A stretch of 64,000 bases of DNA from the human T2T-CHM13v2.0 reference genome, Homo sapiens (GCF_009914755.1 NC_060925.1); one strand, 5' to 3'. Counted from the stretch's first letter, positions 27,991-41,930 are shown. Notes: a model not told the origin generated them from the sequence alone. Program-made: numbers and translations.

Positions 27991-30900
27991 AAAAGGATAA
28001 GACTCTCCTAAGCAATATCTCCCCATCTTGTCCTTGTGCAATTATCTCTCAGATCAAAATGTGAGATTTTGCATTTATCCCTTCTCATTTCATCTTGTTA
28101 GATCTGGCCCATTGCCCTCATCTATAGATCTCTCTTGGGTGTGACTCTGAACCTGCCCCCTGCCAGTGGATCTGCAGGCCCTTCTTACCACTGCATGTTA
28201 GTAGGCAGGCAGCCACATGGCTTGCACTGTATCAATTGACACTCAAGGTTCCACACTTCTTTAATCTACACTTCTTGTTCATTGCACCCCCTTTTCATAT
28301 GAGCTTCTACAATCTCCATAGTTGTTTACAAAGCAAGAACTGAGTGTCATGGGGAATAATGAACAAGGATTCAGGAGATCTGGATGCTAGCTCCAATTCC
28401 ACTGCTGTTTGTTGCTATTTTCTAAGTCACCTTGAGAAGTCATTCCCCTCTTTGTGGTCTTGACTATTGGATCTGTAAAACAGAGAAAATCATGCCTGTT
28501 TTGCTTTACTCAGAGGCTCAGATAACAATGTACATAAATACACTGTGGAACAATTAAAAATTCTGTTGGAGTAGAGGGTAGTATTCCAGGACAGCCAGGG
28601 CCAGATCACAGGAGTCAGAGAGAGTCTGTGCAACATGGGGAGATTGTGGGGGCCCAGACGCCGTTCTCTGGAGCACATCTTCCAAAACCCCACTTCACTG
28701 TACACAGTAGGGCATCTTGTATTTTCCTCCCCTGGTTTTCATGCCAAGCATGGAGACACCTCCTCAAAAAAACTGCAAAAGAAAAAATCCCTTTGTGCTA
28801 GGTAACAAGATAAAGGTCTTACTCAGAAAGGAGACTTTTAAATATTGTTATAACCAGTTTAACCTATGGCCCTATATTGCACATTCTAAAGTCTCTCAAA
28901 AATCCCAAAGGGGATTGTATTCATAATAAAAGTTTAAAAACTTTAAAAGCTTCTTTTTATCTCTCTCTCAAAATCTCGTATAAATACTGGTTATACTCAA
29001 AATCTATTTTTTTTCCTCTCCAAACTCTGCTAGCCCATTCTGGCCATGATCTCTTTCATCCTCTTCTCTCCCACGGTCAGCTGACTCCATGTAAATCAAT
29101 TGAGCCAAGCCAGGTTCCACTGGATTCTTTCCTTGTGAACCCATTAAATCATTTAATACCACAAAATTGCAGAAGCTGAGCCAGCTGTTCAGCATTTGGT
29201 ATGCACTGAAGGAGAAAGAGTTTGAGGAGTGCTCATAACATTTAAATTTTCTGCCTATCACACTGATTTGTTACCTTTTAGACTAAATGAAACTGAGGCT
29301 AAGATATGGTGGAGAGGGAGCAGACCCAGGGTCTACCAGAGATTAAGTAGCTTTCTCTAGTAGTTCAGTGGTTTACCCTTCCCTCTACCTCGACAGGATG
29401 TTTTCCAGGCCCCTCTGAGATGTCCAACCCTGATGTCTCTAACTTATACACATAGCTTATACTTTTTTATGGTTCTCTAGAGCCTGGGAATAGTAATTGT
29501 ATGTGCTGATAAAAACACATACAAACAGCTTTTGGACTGGTTGCCTCCTTCATGTCCCAGCCACAGCATCATTTAGAACCTCTATAGCTACAAATAAATC
29601 ATCAGTTGGAGTGAGCAGCCAAGGTTGGAAACTGATAGAGGGCCTCTGGTGTTTCTAATTCCAAAATCTGTGGCCATACTCTATCTCAGAATCTCTTTTG
29701 CCCACGGCTTATAAGTGAAAACAATCCTCATCGCTTGCCTTCCTCACTCCTCCAGGTTTTTATGTGAAAGGAATCAGTTTTTTGGCAAGTCCCTTTGAAA
29801 AGTTTTCCAACCTCTGTTCTAGGGTATGACTAAGCTGAAAGTCTTAAAGTGACTGAGATCATTTGTACTGGCTGAGATGTGACCTGGATGTAAAAGTGTT
29901 TGCGCTTATTCAACCTGCATGGGAGTGACTGCTCCGCAGCCTTCCTGAGGTCAGAGCTCTCAGGATATCATAAAATGATCTCATTTTGGTTTAGTTAAGC
30001 TCACACTACAAGACCTACTGCATGCCACATACCACAGTGGTATGAAGGATACCAAGAAAAAGAATACTTTCAAAGAACTTGCATTCCAGTGGGCAACCAG
30101 ACACAAAAATAGATCATTTTGTGTTTATGCATTGAACATGGTGACAGGGCGAACACTGCAGAGGAAGCATGGACCTGGGGCTCTTAGCTCAGCCTGGTGG
30201 GAGTGGGGCTTCCTAAAAGATGCAACATCCAAGCTGAATCTTAAAATGTATGTAAGAAAGTGCTCAGAGAGGGGAAGGAAGGTATTCTGGAATAAAGGAA
30301 CAGAGGTATAGAACAACACAGTGTAGTCAAGCTCTACAAATGTTTCTGCATATTACAGCATAGCAAAGACGTAGAAAAGAAGTAGAGGTAGAGACTGGCA
30401 ATGAAGCTGTGATGGCAGAAAAGGGTGGGATCACAAAGAGCTTTGTGTGTTCTAAGGCACTTGACAATATGTGAAAAAGACTATGGAGAGCCAGAAGGGT
30501 TTTAAGCAGAAAGTGGCAAAGTCAGACTTCAGTCTTGCCAGGTATCTTAATTTCAACTGAACCACTTGTTATTTGAGTTTTCTGCTTAGGAAACATTTGG
30601 AGGTCTGGAATTTCATGACTGAGAGTCCTTATCAAGATATGACGTGGCTGTATGTGAGAGTTCAGACGTACCCTCAGGCTCACCCTCACGAATAAACTGT
30701 GTGATGCTCTAGGGTTTCGCCTGGACCTAGGGGGCCCAGCCACCCATCAGTTCAGGGCCTCCATGGCATGCAGCCCAGTGCCCCATTGCCCCTGTCCTCT
30801 GTGCAGGTCAGCACTGCCCACTGCCAGACTGCCCTCTACCAAAAACCAGGGTTAAGTAGCTCCCTTTCACCACTTACAATTCTTACAGCGCAAGTCTTTA

Positions 30901-31964
30901 GGTCAATTTTTTCTTTCTGATACTGTGAGGATAATTTGGCAGCATTATCAAAGCTGCTGGTCTCCTTAAGTCAAGAATTTAAATCATTCCATTTAGTTCT
31001 GAACTTCCTTGAGAGAGAGAAAAAAAAATGTGTTGATGAGTTCCTTGGAATGAGAAATATATTTGCTGTGATGAACAGCTGTTTGCCAGTTCTTCAAGAC
31101 GTTTCTCTCTGAAGCAATGAAAATATACACAATAGCCCTCAAGTGTCTGGAGAAGAGGTTTCCTTTTGAAAATTCCCCATGGCCTACTGTGACTGACTTG
31201 AGTATGGATCACTGTGAAAATCCACCTTCATGTGAGAGAGTTATTTACGTCTCAGGAATCGCCATGGAACAATGAGCACTCTCCAAGTTCTCTTCATGGA
31301 GCGTGCTGTAGGCCTGTTCATTTCTTTTGAGGGAACATCTCTTAATAAATGGAGTCTCCCCACTCCACAATCTGTTGCTCTAAATTTGCTAAAACATTTT
31401 CAATATTTTGTCTGAATTCCTGTATCAAATTCTGGAATCGAAAGAAAGTTTAGTATCATGGGTAATCAATAATCAGAGGAATGTGAGATATCGGTTGCTT
31501 GGAAGCAATTAAGTTTTTTTTAAGAAAATATATTTTAAAAGTTATATAATGTAATGTAAAAATTATACATATTTTGAGTGACATAGCCCTATTCTTCCAT
31601 GACCAATGCTGTACATACATAAAGGCTACAAATTAAATGGGAGCTCACCAAAGAACAACCAACTCCCAAAATGCAGGGTTTCTGATAACCATGTTAGAGA
31701 AGGCCGCTTTGGTCTGAAGCTGAGATGCAAAGAAAGGACTCTGCCCAAGTCACATGTTCTCCTTCACATGAGAGAAGGAAGCACAGACGTGCTGGCCATC
31801 CCTGAGAACAGGAAGTGAAAGGTGTAGGACCAGAAAAGAGAATGTGGGGTGCGTAAACACTTACTTTACACTGGGAAATGTGGCATGATGAACTTCAGAC
31901 ACTCAAGGAATCCAAGTAGTTCTCCTTTCCTGTTTATACAGAAAGGAATGAAGAGGTGGATAGG

Positions 31965-32331
31965 TGTCTTAGTCACTTCAGGCTGCTGTAACAAAAATAC
32001 CATAGACTAGGTGGCTTAAATATCAGAAATTTATTTCTCACAGTTCTAGAATCTGGGAAGTCCAAGCTCAGTGCACCAATACATTCAGTTCCTGGCAAAG
32101 GTCCTTTTCCTGGTTTGCAGACAGATACCTTGCTGTATCCTCACATGGCAGAGAAAGAGAGGAAGTAATCTCTCTCCTGTCTCTTCTTATAAGGACACTA
32201 ATTCCATCATAAGAGCTCCACCCTACTGACCTAATCACCTCCCAAAGGCCTCATGCCCAAATACCATCACATTAGGATTAGGATTTTGACATAAAAATTT
32301 GGGGAAGACACAAAACACTCAGTCCATAGCA
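31965..32331 (-). mobile_element. MaLR LTR (MLT1A-like), same orientation as ILDR2
   Basis: tgtcttagtc...aaatttatttctcacagttctag...ctaatcacctcccaaaggcc...cagtccatagca. Confidence 0.85.
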
Positions 32332-33535
32332 ACAGAGAAGCAAAATGTCCCCTGTTCTATGGAACTTAGAGAGGAAGGGAGAAGCACCTTGCCCAGCATT
32401 AAGTATTTTTCTTGAAACTGTCTGGAACCTCTAACAAAAAAAGTAGAAGGTGAATAATTAGGAGACAACAGGAAGTAGGAGACAAGAAATGAGGGTACCA
32501 GAAGAATCCAGGGAGGAGACGAAAGGTCCTAATGAAGGCAGTGACACAGAGATGGATTTCTAAATTCAGAACGAGACAAGTATAACCAAGGACATTCACT
32601 GGTATATGGAAGGCTCTGGTAGGATTTGTCACTGAACTGTGGTAAAAACAGCCTCCCTGAAGCCTTGGGTTGGAATAATACGTGTGAGGGAATTGGCAAC
32701 AAAAGGAAGCCGGAAAGGCTGGTTGTTCAGGGCTCTGTGGCTGCAGATAAAGAATCTTTTCGGATGCAGTAGCAGATAGCTGTTGGTGTTGTGTATGTGT
32801 TTTGTCTGCCCAGCATCACTATTCTCACTTCTTCTATTAATAACAACTCTCTTCTCTCTTTGGAGAAATCTTCCTATCCCACTATCCAGTCCATCGCAGT
32901 CTCACCTTCCTGGTCATAAACAGACTTGCCACATCTCTGGCCACATGATTAGCTCAGATATGGGCACATGACTCAATATGAGTTGACTGCAGTCTTTCTC
33001 CAGGATTGTTCTCATGAGTAAAGCCTTTTGCCTGCTTGGTCAAATGAGCTGGAAAGTTGTGACTCTCAGACTGCTAGTGGCTATATTCCTGCCTTTTGGA
33101 GTAAGTCTATCCTCACTGAGAAAATGTATTGATGTAAAAACACAAGTAGGTGTGGATGATGGACAGGGAATCTTAAATCTTACTACATTGAGACCCAGGT
33201 TTGTTCTCAGTTCCTACAGCTCTTCCAGCCTGTGAGCTACTCCAGGATCTCTCTAATAGATGAGCTCCATTTCTCCTTTTCTTGTTCTTAAGCTAGTCTG
33301 AGCTATCTTCCTGTCATTTGCAACCAAAAATTTTTTTACTAATACAGCTGCCAAAGGAATGAAACATAAGAGGCTATCGCCTTGGCCTGAGGGAATGAGA
33401 AAAGCTAGGTGCCTAAGTCATACCAGCAACAAAAAGAGGCTGGGAGGGTGGGGTTGTATATTAATGTCCATTATAATTTAACTACATTCAGTTGAACAAA
33501 GCGTTTTTCCAAAAACAAGGTTAATAGAAATTGAC

Positions 33536-33553
33536 ATATATATGTGTGTGTGT

Positions 33554-33633
<80 letters not shown>
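33536..33633. repeat. Interrupted (TA)n microsatellite
   Basis: About 100 bp of alternating TA with a few interruptions. Confidence 0.95.
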
Positions 33634-33635
<2 letters not shown>

Positions 33636-34380
33636 TTCTAGCTTTGCTCTACTGGACATTAACGTCTCAGAGAAAGAAAAAGAGCCAGAAAAAATCCACT
33701 GTGGCTATGCTTCTACACAAAATTTGTAACAAAATGTGAGAAAATATCTCCAGAGAGCAAGGATTGTTTTAAAAAAAAGTAAAGTGTTTTAACATGTCTG
33801 GAATTTTCTCCTCTGCTTGGTTTTTAGAGACAGTGAGAGAGAGAACAAGAGACAGAGAGATTGATTCATCTTTGTACAGCTGAAGACTAGGGAATGGACT
33901 ATTTAGGTCCTTTGGTTGTACAGTTTGATGACACGGTTTTTGCTTGTTAAAGAGAAACTGGCTTCACCATAATTCTGCAGAATCAGAGTCCTGACCTGAC
34001 TTCAGAAAACAATTGTAATTCCATGGTGTTAAAAGCACACTTTAAAATAGCTTTAAATCACAAAAGGCATGCACCTAAATCCCACTTGATCCCAAGCAAA
34101 AACCTCATGGTTTTCCCCACATTATATCCACAGAAGCCTGCCTCAAAAACATAATATGGCAAGTTCTAAACTTGCAAAGTGTAAGAAAAACATATCACTT
34201 TTAAAGAAAAAATTCCTAATGCACTTAATTTGTTTTTCAAAAGCCAAATTCATCTATATAAATTCATATATAGCATTAAAATAAGCTATATAAATTCATA
34301 TGTAGCTTTTCCCTTAAGTAATGTGAGGCACACCTCCATCCAATACTGGAAGGTTAGCAATAGAGTCACTCTCTTGGATG

Positions 34381-34400
34381 TGTGCCACTAGATGGCGTGT
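34381..34400 (+). promoter_or_regulatory. Candidate CTCF binding site
   Basis: tgccactagatggcgtg closely matches the CTCF core CCACYAGRKGGCR. Confidence 0.65.
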
Positions 34401-34734
34401 CAGACCAACTCACTCACCTCTAAGCAACTTCCTAGCTACTTCTACACCTCATGCCATTTTTGGTGAGTCATCTTAGGCCACCTGATAAGTATTCAGGAAA
34501 TGCTTATAACCAATTCAGCAGAAAATATAATTTTCACCTAAGTGGTGTGATGAGTATGATTAGGATGTCTCTGCCAAGATTTTCTAAGAGAACCTGAAAT
34601 TAGCCTACTTCTTATTTCTTGAAATGAAAGCATATAAAAATTGGATTAGAATTAGATAATCATAGGGAAAAATGAATTATTTGTTTTGCCTAATTTTAAT
34701 CCATCCTATGAGTCTAGTCCTTCCTTGCTGCTTC

Positions 34735-34888
34735 TTTTTTTTCTTGTCTTTTTAAATTTTTACCTTTTTGTGGAGGATGGGATCTCACTATACTGCCCAG
34801 GTAGGTCTTGAACTCCTGGCTCAAGCTATCCTCCCACCTTTGTCTCCCTAACTGTTGGGATTTCAGGTGTGAGCCACAGGGCCCGGCC
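34735..34888 (-). mobile_element. Alu left-arm monomer (FLAM-like)
   Basis: Single antisense arm ending gagccacagggcccggcc. Confidence 0.8.
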
Positions 34889-35339
34889 TTCCTTGCCTCT
34901 TGAATGAAATCTACATCCATAATTTATTTGGCCACTCTTAACAATTAACAGCCTTCTGTTCACTCTTAAACCCTAAAACAGTCTATGTCTATAATTAAGA
35001 CAGCCATTCTCTTATATTATCAAACTCTAAAGAATATGTAAAGTTAAAGCCTCTTGCCCTCCCCATCTTAAGATTTTGTTTGCAGTCTACAGGTTGCATT
35101 AGAAAGAAATGCACAATGCATGTATGTGTGCCTTTTTCATTTTTTCCCATTTAGCACACTTACTTCTTCCTTACTCAATCATTCACTCTTCCTGGCTTCC
35201 CCAGGGTTGCTGTGTATATATAGAGTCATTATGGAGAAATGTAAGGCAGATAAGGAGCAAGAAAGGTTTTTCTTGACTGGCACAATGTAATATGGCATTG
35301 CACCACACATGAGCTTAAAATAAAAAACTATAAAACCCA

Positions 35340-36440
35340 TAAAGAAACAAAAAACTGTGAGTGAAAGTTAGCAGAAGTAACAAACTCTAAAAGTAGACCC
35401 ACAAAGACTGTAGATATTGGAATTACTGGATATAAAATTTTAAGTTAGTATCTTTAAGATATTCAGATAAATAAGAGGGCATTGTAAAAAAAAAAAAAAG
35501 AGTAAGTCACAAGACAACAGGGACTATGTAAATTTGAAAAAGAACTAAACTCCTAGAAATGAAATACATATTAATTAAAATTAAAACTCAAATAAAGGAG
35601 ATTAGAGCTAGCTGAAAAGAAAATTAGTGAGCTGGAAGATAAACCTGAAGAAATTTACCTGAATAGGGAATAGAAAACACAGAGAGAGGAAATACAAAAT
35701 ATAGATTAAACAATATGGGGCATAGAATGAAAAAAAATCTAACAATTGGAATTCTCAAGAGAGAGTTTAAAAAGAAGAGGAAATATTTGATGTGTTAATA
35801 TAGCTGAGAGTTTTCCATATTTAATGGGAAATCCAATCCACGGATTTAGGAAACACCACAAATCCTAATTTGGATAAATAAAAAGAAATCCACACCTGGT
35901 CACATGTTAATTAAACCAAAGAACACTAGAGACAAAAAAATCTTTAGAACAGTCAGAGAGACCAGACAGATTAGGAAGGATAATTAAACTGGTAATTGAC
36001 TTCTTAAAAGCAAAAATAAAAGTCAGAAGGGAGTGTAATAATAACTTCAATGTCCTGAAAGAAAATAACTATCAATCTAGAATCATAATCAGTGAAATTA
36101 TCTTTCAAGAACAAGAATGAAATAAAGACTTTTACATCAACAAAGACTGATGAGTATCCTACCAACAAATCATTACTGAAGTAAACTTCCTTCAGAAAGA
36201 AAATATTTCAAAAGGAAGATCTGAAATATAGGAAAAAAAGATGTGTAGAAAAAACACGTGGGTGATTCTAAACAAATACTTTATAAATAAAAACAAAAAT
36301 ATTTTATAAAGCTGAAAAACCTAAATGGAATTAAAACACAAAATAATACAAAATCCAGAGGTAATCAAACTGTTTTAGAGTCTATCTTTAAGTTAAATCT
36401 ACATGTTAACATTTTTAAGTTAACTACTTAAAAAAAATTG
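35340..36440 (+). mobile_element. Ancient L1 ORF1-region remnant
   Basis: Very A-rich; aaattagtgagctggaagat, aatccacacct, gaaaataactatcaatctagaat motifs. Confidence 0.6.
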
Positions 36441-37046
36441 AGCCCAGATGCTTCAAGCAAAAACAGATTTTCTGCTTGACAAGGCCACTAAAATCTGGAA
36501 TTCCCTTGAGAGGGCTTAGCCATCCAAAACAGGATTAATAGTTCTCAGAGGTATTTATCACTTCTTTTGCTAACAAAGGTTTTTAATTGCCTCCTCTTAA
36601 TTATGGTGCTGTGGAATTTCTCAAATCTTAACAGAACTTGAAATGTCCTCCCACGAATAGCTTCCTTCCTCCCTTCCCCAAGTGTAATTTCTAGCAGGCA
36701 TATGCTTGTGCCCCTCTTGGAAATGAGCTAGGTACCATCACCTTATCCAACCACCTTTCCTACCCTTCATCTCCTTCTGAATGTTACAGTCTGTGGAGAG
36801 CAGTAAGAGTGACAACAGAATTTATCTAGCTTATTACAATCTGTAAAAGCATACCTTTTGCTCTGTCAGTACCAGCCCCCTCTGTAACCCCACAATATGT
36901 ATTCCTCTATTACTGTACTTACAACAATCAGAGAAGGACATGTATCATATGATTCTTTCTCTTGCTGAGGCCATTTAATGTCAGATCATGATTAACCATA
37001 GTTGTGTTAATTATGAGTTCTTGGTAACAAATGTAGGTAAGAATTC

Positions 37047-37052
37047 TTTATT
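37047..37052 (-). terminator. ILDR2: Candidate ILDR2 polyadenylation signal (AATAAA)
   Basis: tttatt on the + strand in non-repeat sequence; preceded in the transcript by UGUA motifs and U-rich tracts. Confidence 0.55.
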
Positions 37053-37663
37053 ACGTTTAAAACATTACAACCAAATTCAATTTGTATGTCTGACACAGAA
37101 AAAAAAAGTCATGAACAACAGTAATACAAACATTTCAGTTTTGATGTCACAAGGCACAAAGACAACTGACAGGTGGCCCTCACGAAGCCAACTTCTCACC
37201 CTTCTCTGTCCCACCCTCCTACTCCCTTGTTCTTTATTCTCACACAGCAAATTTCTTATGCAGTCGTGTCTAATACTTTTGTTAATAAAATGGCTTTTCC
37301 TTAAAGCCAAGGTAAAAGAGAAGCTATTTGTGTCTCTTTTAGCCTTCCCAGAAGAAATGAGTCAGACTAGTTACTTCATGGCCAGCCCCACCAAGAAACT
37401 CTAAGAAAAATTTAGCTAAACTACTATATCTTTTTCCTTCTCACATTCCTTATTCCTCTATATCTGATCCCTCTTAGTTCTACCTAAAATCTTAAAATGT
37501 AGTGAAGATGCCAGATTTTTGCTGTTAAGCAGCTTCTGCCTGGAGTTCTGAATCCAGATGAATCTGTCGTTTCATTCAGAAACTTCTCTGCAAGAAGGAT
37601 TCTCCAGAAAACCTGAAGCATATATTACCCCTCACAGCACAGCTGATGAAAGTGAGGCTCTCA

Positions 37664-37975
37664 GCTGGGTTCAGTGGCTCATGTCTGTAATACCAGCACT
37701 TTAGGCAGCCAAGGTGGGAGGATCACTTGAGGCCAGGAGTTTGAGACAAGCCTGGGAAATATAGCAAGACCCCATCTCTACAAACAAACAAAATTTGCTG
37801 GACGTGGTGGCATATATCTGTAGTCCTACCTACTTGGGAGGCTGAGGGAGGAGGATTGCTTGAGCTAGGAGTTTGAGACTGCAGTGAGCTGATAGCACCA
37901 CTGCACTGCACTGCACCATGGGCCACAGAGCAAGACCCTGTCTCAAAAAAAAAAAAAAAGAAAGAAAAAGAAAAC
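37664..37975 (+). mobile_element. AluJ-type element
   Basis: Diverged dimeric Alu with A tail. Confidence 0.9.
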
Positions 37976-39204
37976 GAAACTCTCCTTGAGTGAAGCTACA
38001 ACTCCCTCTTAGATTAGCATTTGAGGAATGAATGGTGCTTAGTTGGATGAAGCAGCAACAGTATCTGTCTTCATGGCTTCGCCACATCCATGACATATGA
38101 ACAAGCATCAAGTCTACGGCTCTTCTCACCAGATGTCTGGCTGTGAAGAGAAACTGGAATCTGGAATACCCAGATTCCAGTCCCATGAGTATTTAAGGAA
38201 TTGGAAAGGACACCAGACAAGACAGTCAGAAGGCCTGGCTTTATAATTTTAAAAACCATTTGACTACAGACAAGTCACTTAGTATTTTTCAACCTCAGTT
38301 TTACATTCTATGTAATGAGACCACAACATCTGCCCTGCCTCTATCACAGCAGTTGATGTTGGGATCAAATGAAAGTGTTCTGTAAACAGTAATATATCAT
38401 AAAAATAACACAAATATTATTAGTATTAACCTTCTCCCCTTCAAATAGTGCTAAAGCTCAGGCTGCTGCTTAAAGCATCTCAACACTGCCCTTGCACCAC
38501 TCTGATGTTAAATGCCCCTTCTTCAAGCTTCATAGATCAATTCCCCAGATGACTAGGGGGTAGGATAATGGCAGAAAAAAGCGAGGCACTTTTTCCTTCT
38601 AGGACTTTATGTAGCTGGCCCCCTATTTTAGTGAATTTGGATTTCTACATCCTATCAATCAATTTCAGACTTCCATTAAGATGCTGGCAGCATTTAAATC
38701 TGATTTTGGAAGGATATAAAATGAGGACTTTTATTATTCTTGTCCACCCAACTTTAGGTAAGACCAAAGTGGGAGTGCTATTGGCCAGTCATCCTTATGA
38801 TTTGTATGCTTTATAAAATGATTGAGTTTTTCTATTTCCCCAATGGCATCTTTTCCTTCTATTCATGATTTAAGTTTTGCTAAAAATATATCAAGAGAAT
38901 GAGAAAATTACCTGTAATTCTTGTTGTCTGTTCTGAGACTGTCACAATAGATCACTGTTCTGGGAATGGAAATATCTACAACAGCCTCCCTGGGAGTGCT
39001 CCTGACACTCCTTTCTCTCTGCCTGTTTTCCCACTACCACTAGCGTACTCTGGTGAGCCCATCCAGGTCACAGCCAGACTTCTGAGTGACTCACCACAGC
39101 CAGCCCCAAAGGATTGAGAGGGACCTCACCAGGACATTTGAAGAAAAAATTCTAAGGCCCAAGGAAGCCTCAGGACTAGCTGTTTGGAGTACCCAGAGGT
39201 ATGA

Positions 39205-39385
39205 CTTAGTGCAATGATTTCCAAATGCATCTGATCACAGGAGTCTCCTGGAATGCATATTAAAAATATGAATTCTGGCTCTAGACCCACCCAATCAATC
39301 TCCAAAACAGGGTCCAACAATACCTTTTTAACAGCAGCTATCAAGTTAATTCTTGTGGTTAGGCAATTTTGGGAAACACTAATCA
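39205..39385. mobile_element. MER5A-like DNA transposon
   Basis: gatcacaggagtctcctggaatgc...aacagc...tttgggaaacact pattern. Confidence 0.55.
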
Positions 39386-41519
39386 GCAGAAAAGATCCAG
39401 AGGTTGGGAGTCTAAAGACCTAATAGGTTTGTGACTTCATTAATGGCAGTGATGGTTTCTTCACCTATTAAAAAAAATTGGGTGAGGGGCGGTGGTAAAT
39501 TACAACAGTATCTGTGACTTCAGCTTCTCTCAAAGGCAAGATCTAATCAGACTACCTATGTGAAATTTTGTGGACTATTCAGAAATATTTACAGATGTGG
39601 TCAGGTGCCTTGGGTTTGGGTGGCAGCCTTTTCTCATCTCCAGTATGCCTAATCCTATGTCAAGTGCACAGTGAGGATCATGAGAAGGGGGATGTGAGGC
39701 CTAGCATCTCCGTGAGGCCTGCCCTGTGTTGGTGAATATGGGCAGCAGCACTCACAGCCGCAGAACTGAGCCCCAGGAGCAGCCACGCTGAGCTCCCCTG
39801 TGAACGTGCTTGGATGGAATAGCTGCCATGCACCAGGTCCATGGCCATTGTCTCCAACTTCCTAATGAATCCATGCATGGCCTAGAGAAGCAGCTCATCT
39901 ACCAGGGGACACCTCCCTGCCACCTGCATCCACACTCCCTCCTCCAGCGTGTTCCTGACTCAGTAGTGACTCACAGGCAAGCACAGCAGCTTATGCATCA
40001 TCCCCCTGGGACCCCTGCTGCTCACCCTTTCCCGATCCTAATTCACCTCTTTTCAGTTCAGACTTTTGAGTATTGGCTTTTCAGATCACCAAGTCTATGT
40101 TTAAATAAGATGATGGACAAACACATACAACACTTTAATATCAAAGTATTCTCATTTTTTAAAAAAACTAAATCTCTGGTTTTATTATAATTTATCCATA
40201 GCACTATTTCATACTCTATGTATAAAATCTCCTTTCTTGAGCATGTCTTATTTCCCCTATTAAATTACGGGGTCCTAGTGGACAGAGATTATGTCTTACA
40301 CAAGATTTACTTTGTACTCCAATAAGACCTAGGAAAGAAGCTAACAAATATAACCATTTCCTGTGCAGGACACACTATTCAAAGGAGAAGAAACAAAAGG
40401 ACACATAGAGGAAAGTCAGGGGTGCTGAGGACAAGAAGTTTTGACTTGTCAACTCAGCCTTAACTCCTGTCCATATACCCAGAAACAACTGCTTTTTCTC
40501 TCTACTGAAAGCCTGGAAGTCTGAATGATTTATCCAGTTCTACAAAGGACAACCTGGTCCCAACTCCCAAGGTTAATTCAGTAGCCTGCTATCTTCTTTG
40601 TACTTTTCAGTCTATCTGTAGTTTTGTTGTCTTTGGAATTGCAGGTTTCCAATTTTAATAATTCTTTCTTTCCCATTGCTACCCTCAACCTTCACCAAAA
40701 TCATACGTCCGTAGCTTTAAAAAAACATTATTTTTGGTCTCTGCAGCTGGTGCTATGAGGCTCTTTGGTGGTGAAAAGCCTGACACAGTGCTCAGTATAA
40801 AGCGATAATAGCTACCACAGCTACCCAATATTCTCCAAAATTGCCTGAGCAAGTTGAAATCCAAAGCTGGTGACTAAGAAATGTTTTTTATCATCTTTTC
40901 CATCTGAACTGGGGTCCAAACAGACAGGCTAGACCTAGGCTTTCAGAGGCCAGGGACACCAGCAAGTCTAAAACTCAGCACCAGGGTTATGGCTTGTGTC
41001 TTCCAGCCCTTGGAAGTGCCAGCACTGGGTTCAACTGTTCTCCTGATTTCTCTGGGACTGGCCAAAGCAACACGGAAGTCCTTTGGTAGGTCAATTCTCC
41101 AAGCAATGACACATACCAGCTCATCCCTCCGACCCTCACCCAGCCACTTTCTTATTTCATTGCAAACATAGGACTTTTTTTGGAAATGTCATGAAGTACA
41201 AATGGATACTAGAGGAATGGTACTTTGAGAATAGGGTCTAGCCCCAGTAGGGTGGCTCTGGAGAAGACCAAAAGGATGGTAAAGAAGAGATCTTCAGAGG
41301 TTGTCCACGGATCCATAGACAGGGAAGAAACCACTGCTGGATTAAGGGATAGCAAAGTCAAGCATTATCCTCCACTCCACAAGAGTGCAGGGTGAAAAGC
41401 TTTGATAAAAATTTGTCAACAATAGTGGAGGCTATGAGAAACACAAGTTTGGATGGATTAAGAGGTTCAGGGATGAACATTCAGACAAGAACGAGTCAGG
41501 TTTGTTCTTAAAGAGAAAT

Positions 41520-41930
41520 GAACATAAAGAATGCACCAACTTCTCACGCCTCGAGTAGGAATCAGAAATTTGGGCTGGGTTCAGCTAGGCAGTTCTTCTA
41601 TTGGTATCACCTGGACTCACCCATGTCTGCATCAGCTGGAAGTTGACGGGCTGTCAGATAGGGTGACAAGGGTAACTGGGCCCTTTTCTTTTGTCATGCA
41701 GCAGGATAGTCCAGGCTTGTTCACCTGATGGTAGTTGCAAGGTTCCCAAGAGCAGCAAAAGAGGACAAGCCCCATGCACAAGAACTTTTCAAGTCTCTGC
41801 TTGTGTCACATTTGTTGGGCTACTGGCTAAATCAAATCACATAGCCAACTCCAGATTCAAGGGGTTGGAAAAAAGATGGCACCTCTTGATGAGAAGGAAA
41901 GAGTTCGTGGCCATTTTTGCTATCTACACA
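41520..41930 (-). mobile_element. Old MaLR LTR (MLT1-type) fragment
   Basis: gctgggttcagctaggcagttc, ccaggcttgttcac, aaatcacatagccaactccagattc motifs. Confidence 0.6.

Noticed and set aside
33471-33739. YIYIYI ORFs
   Set aside because: Translation of the (TA)n microsatellite.
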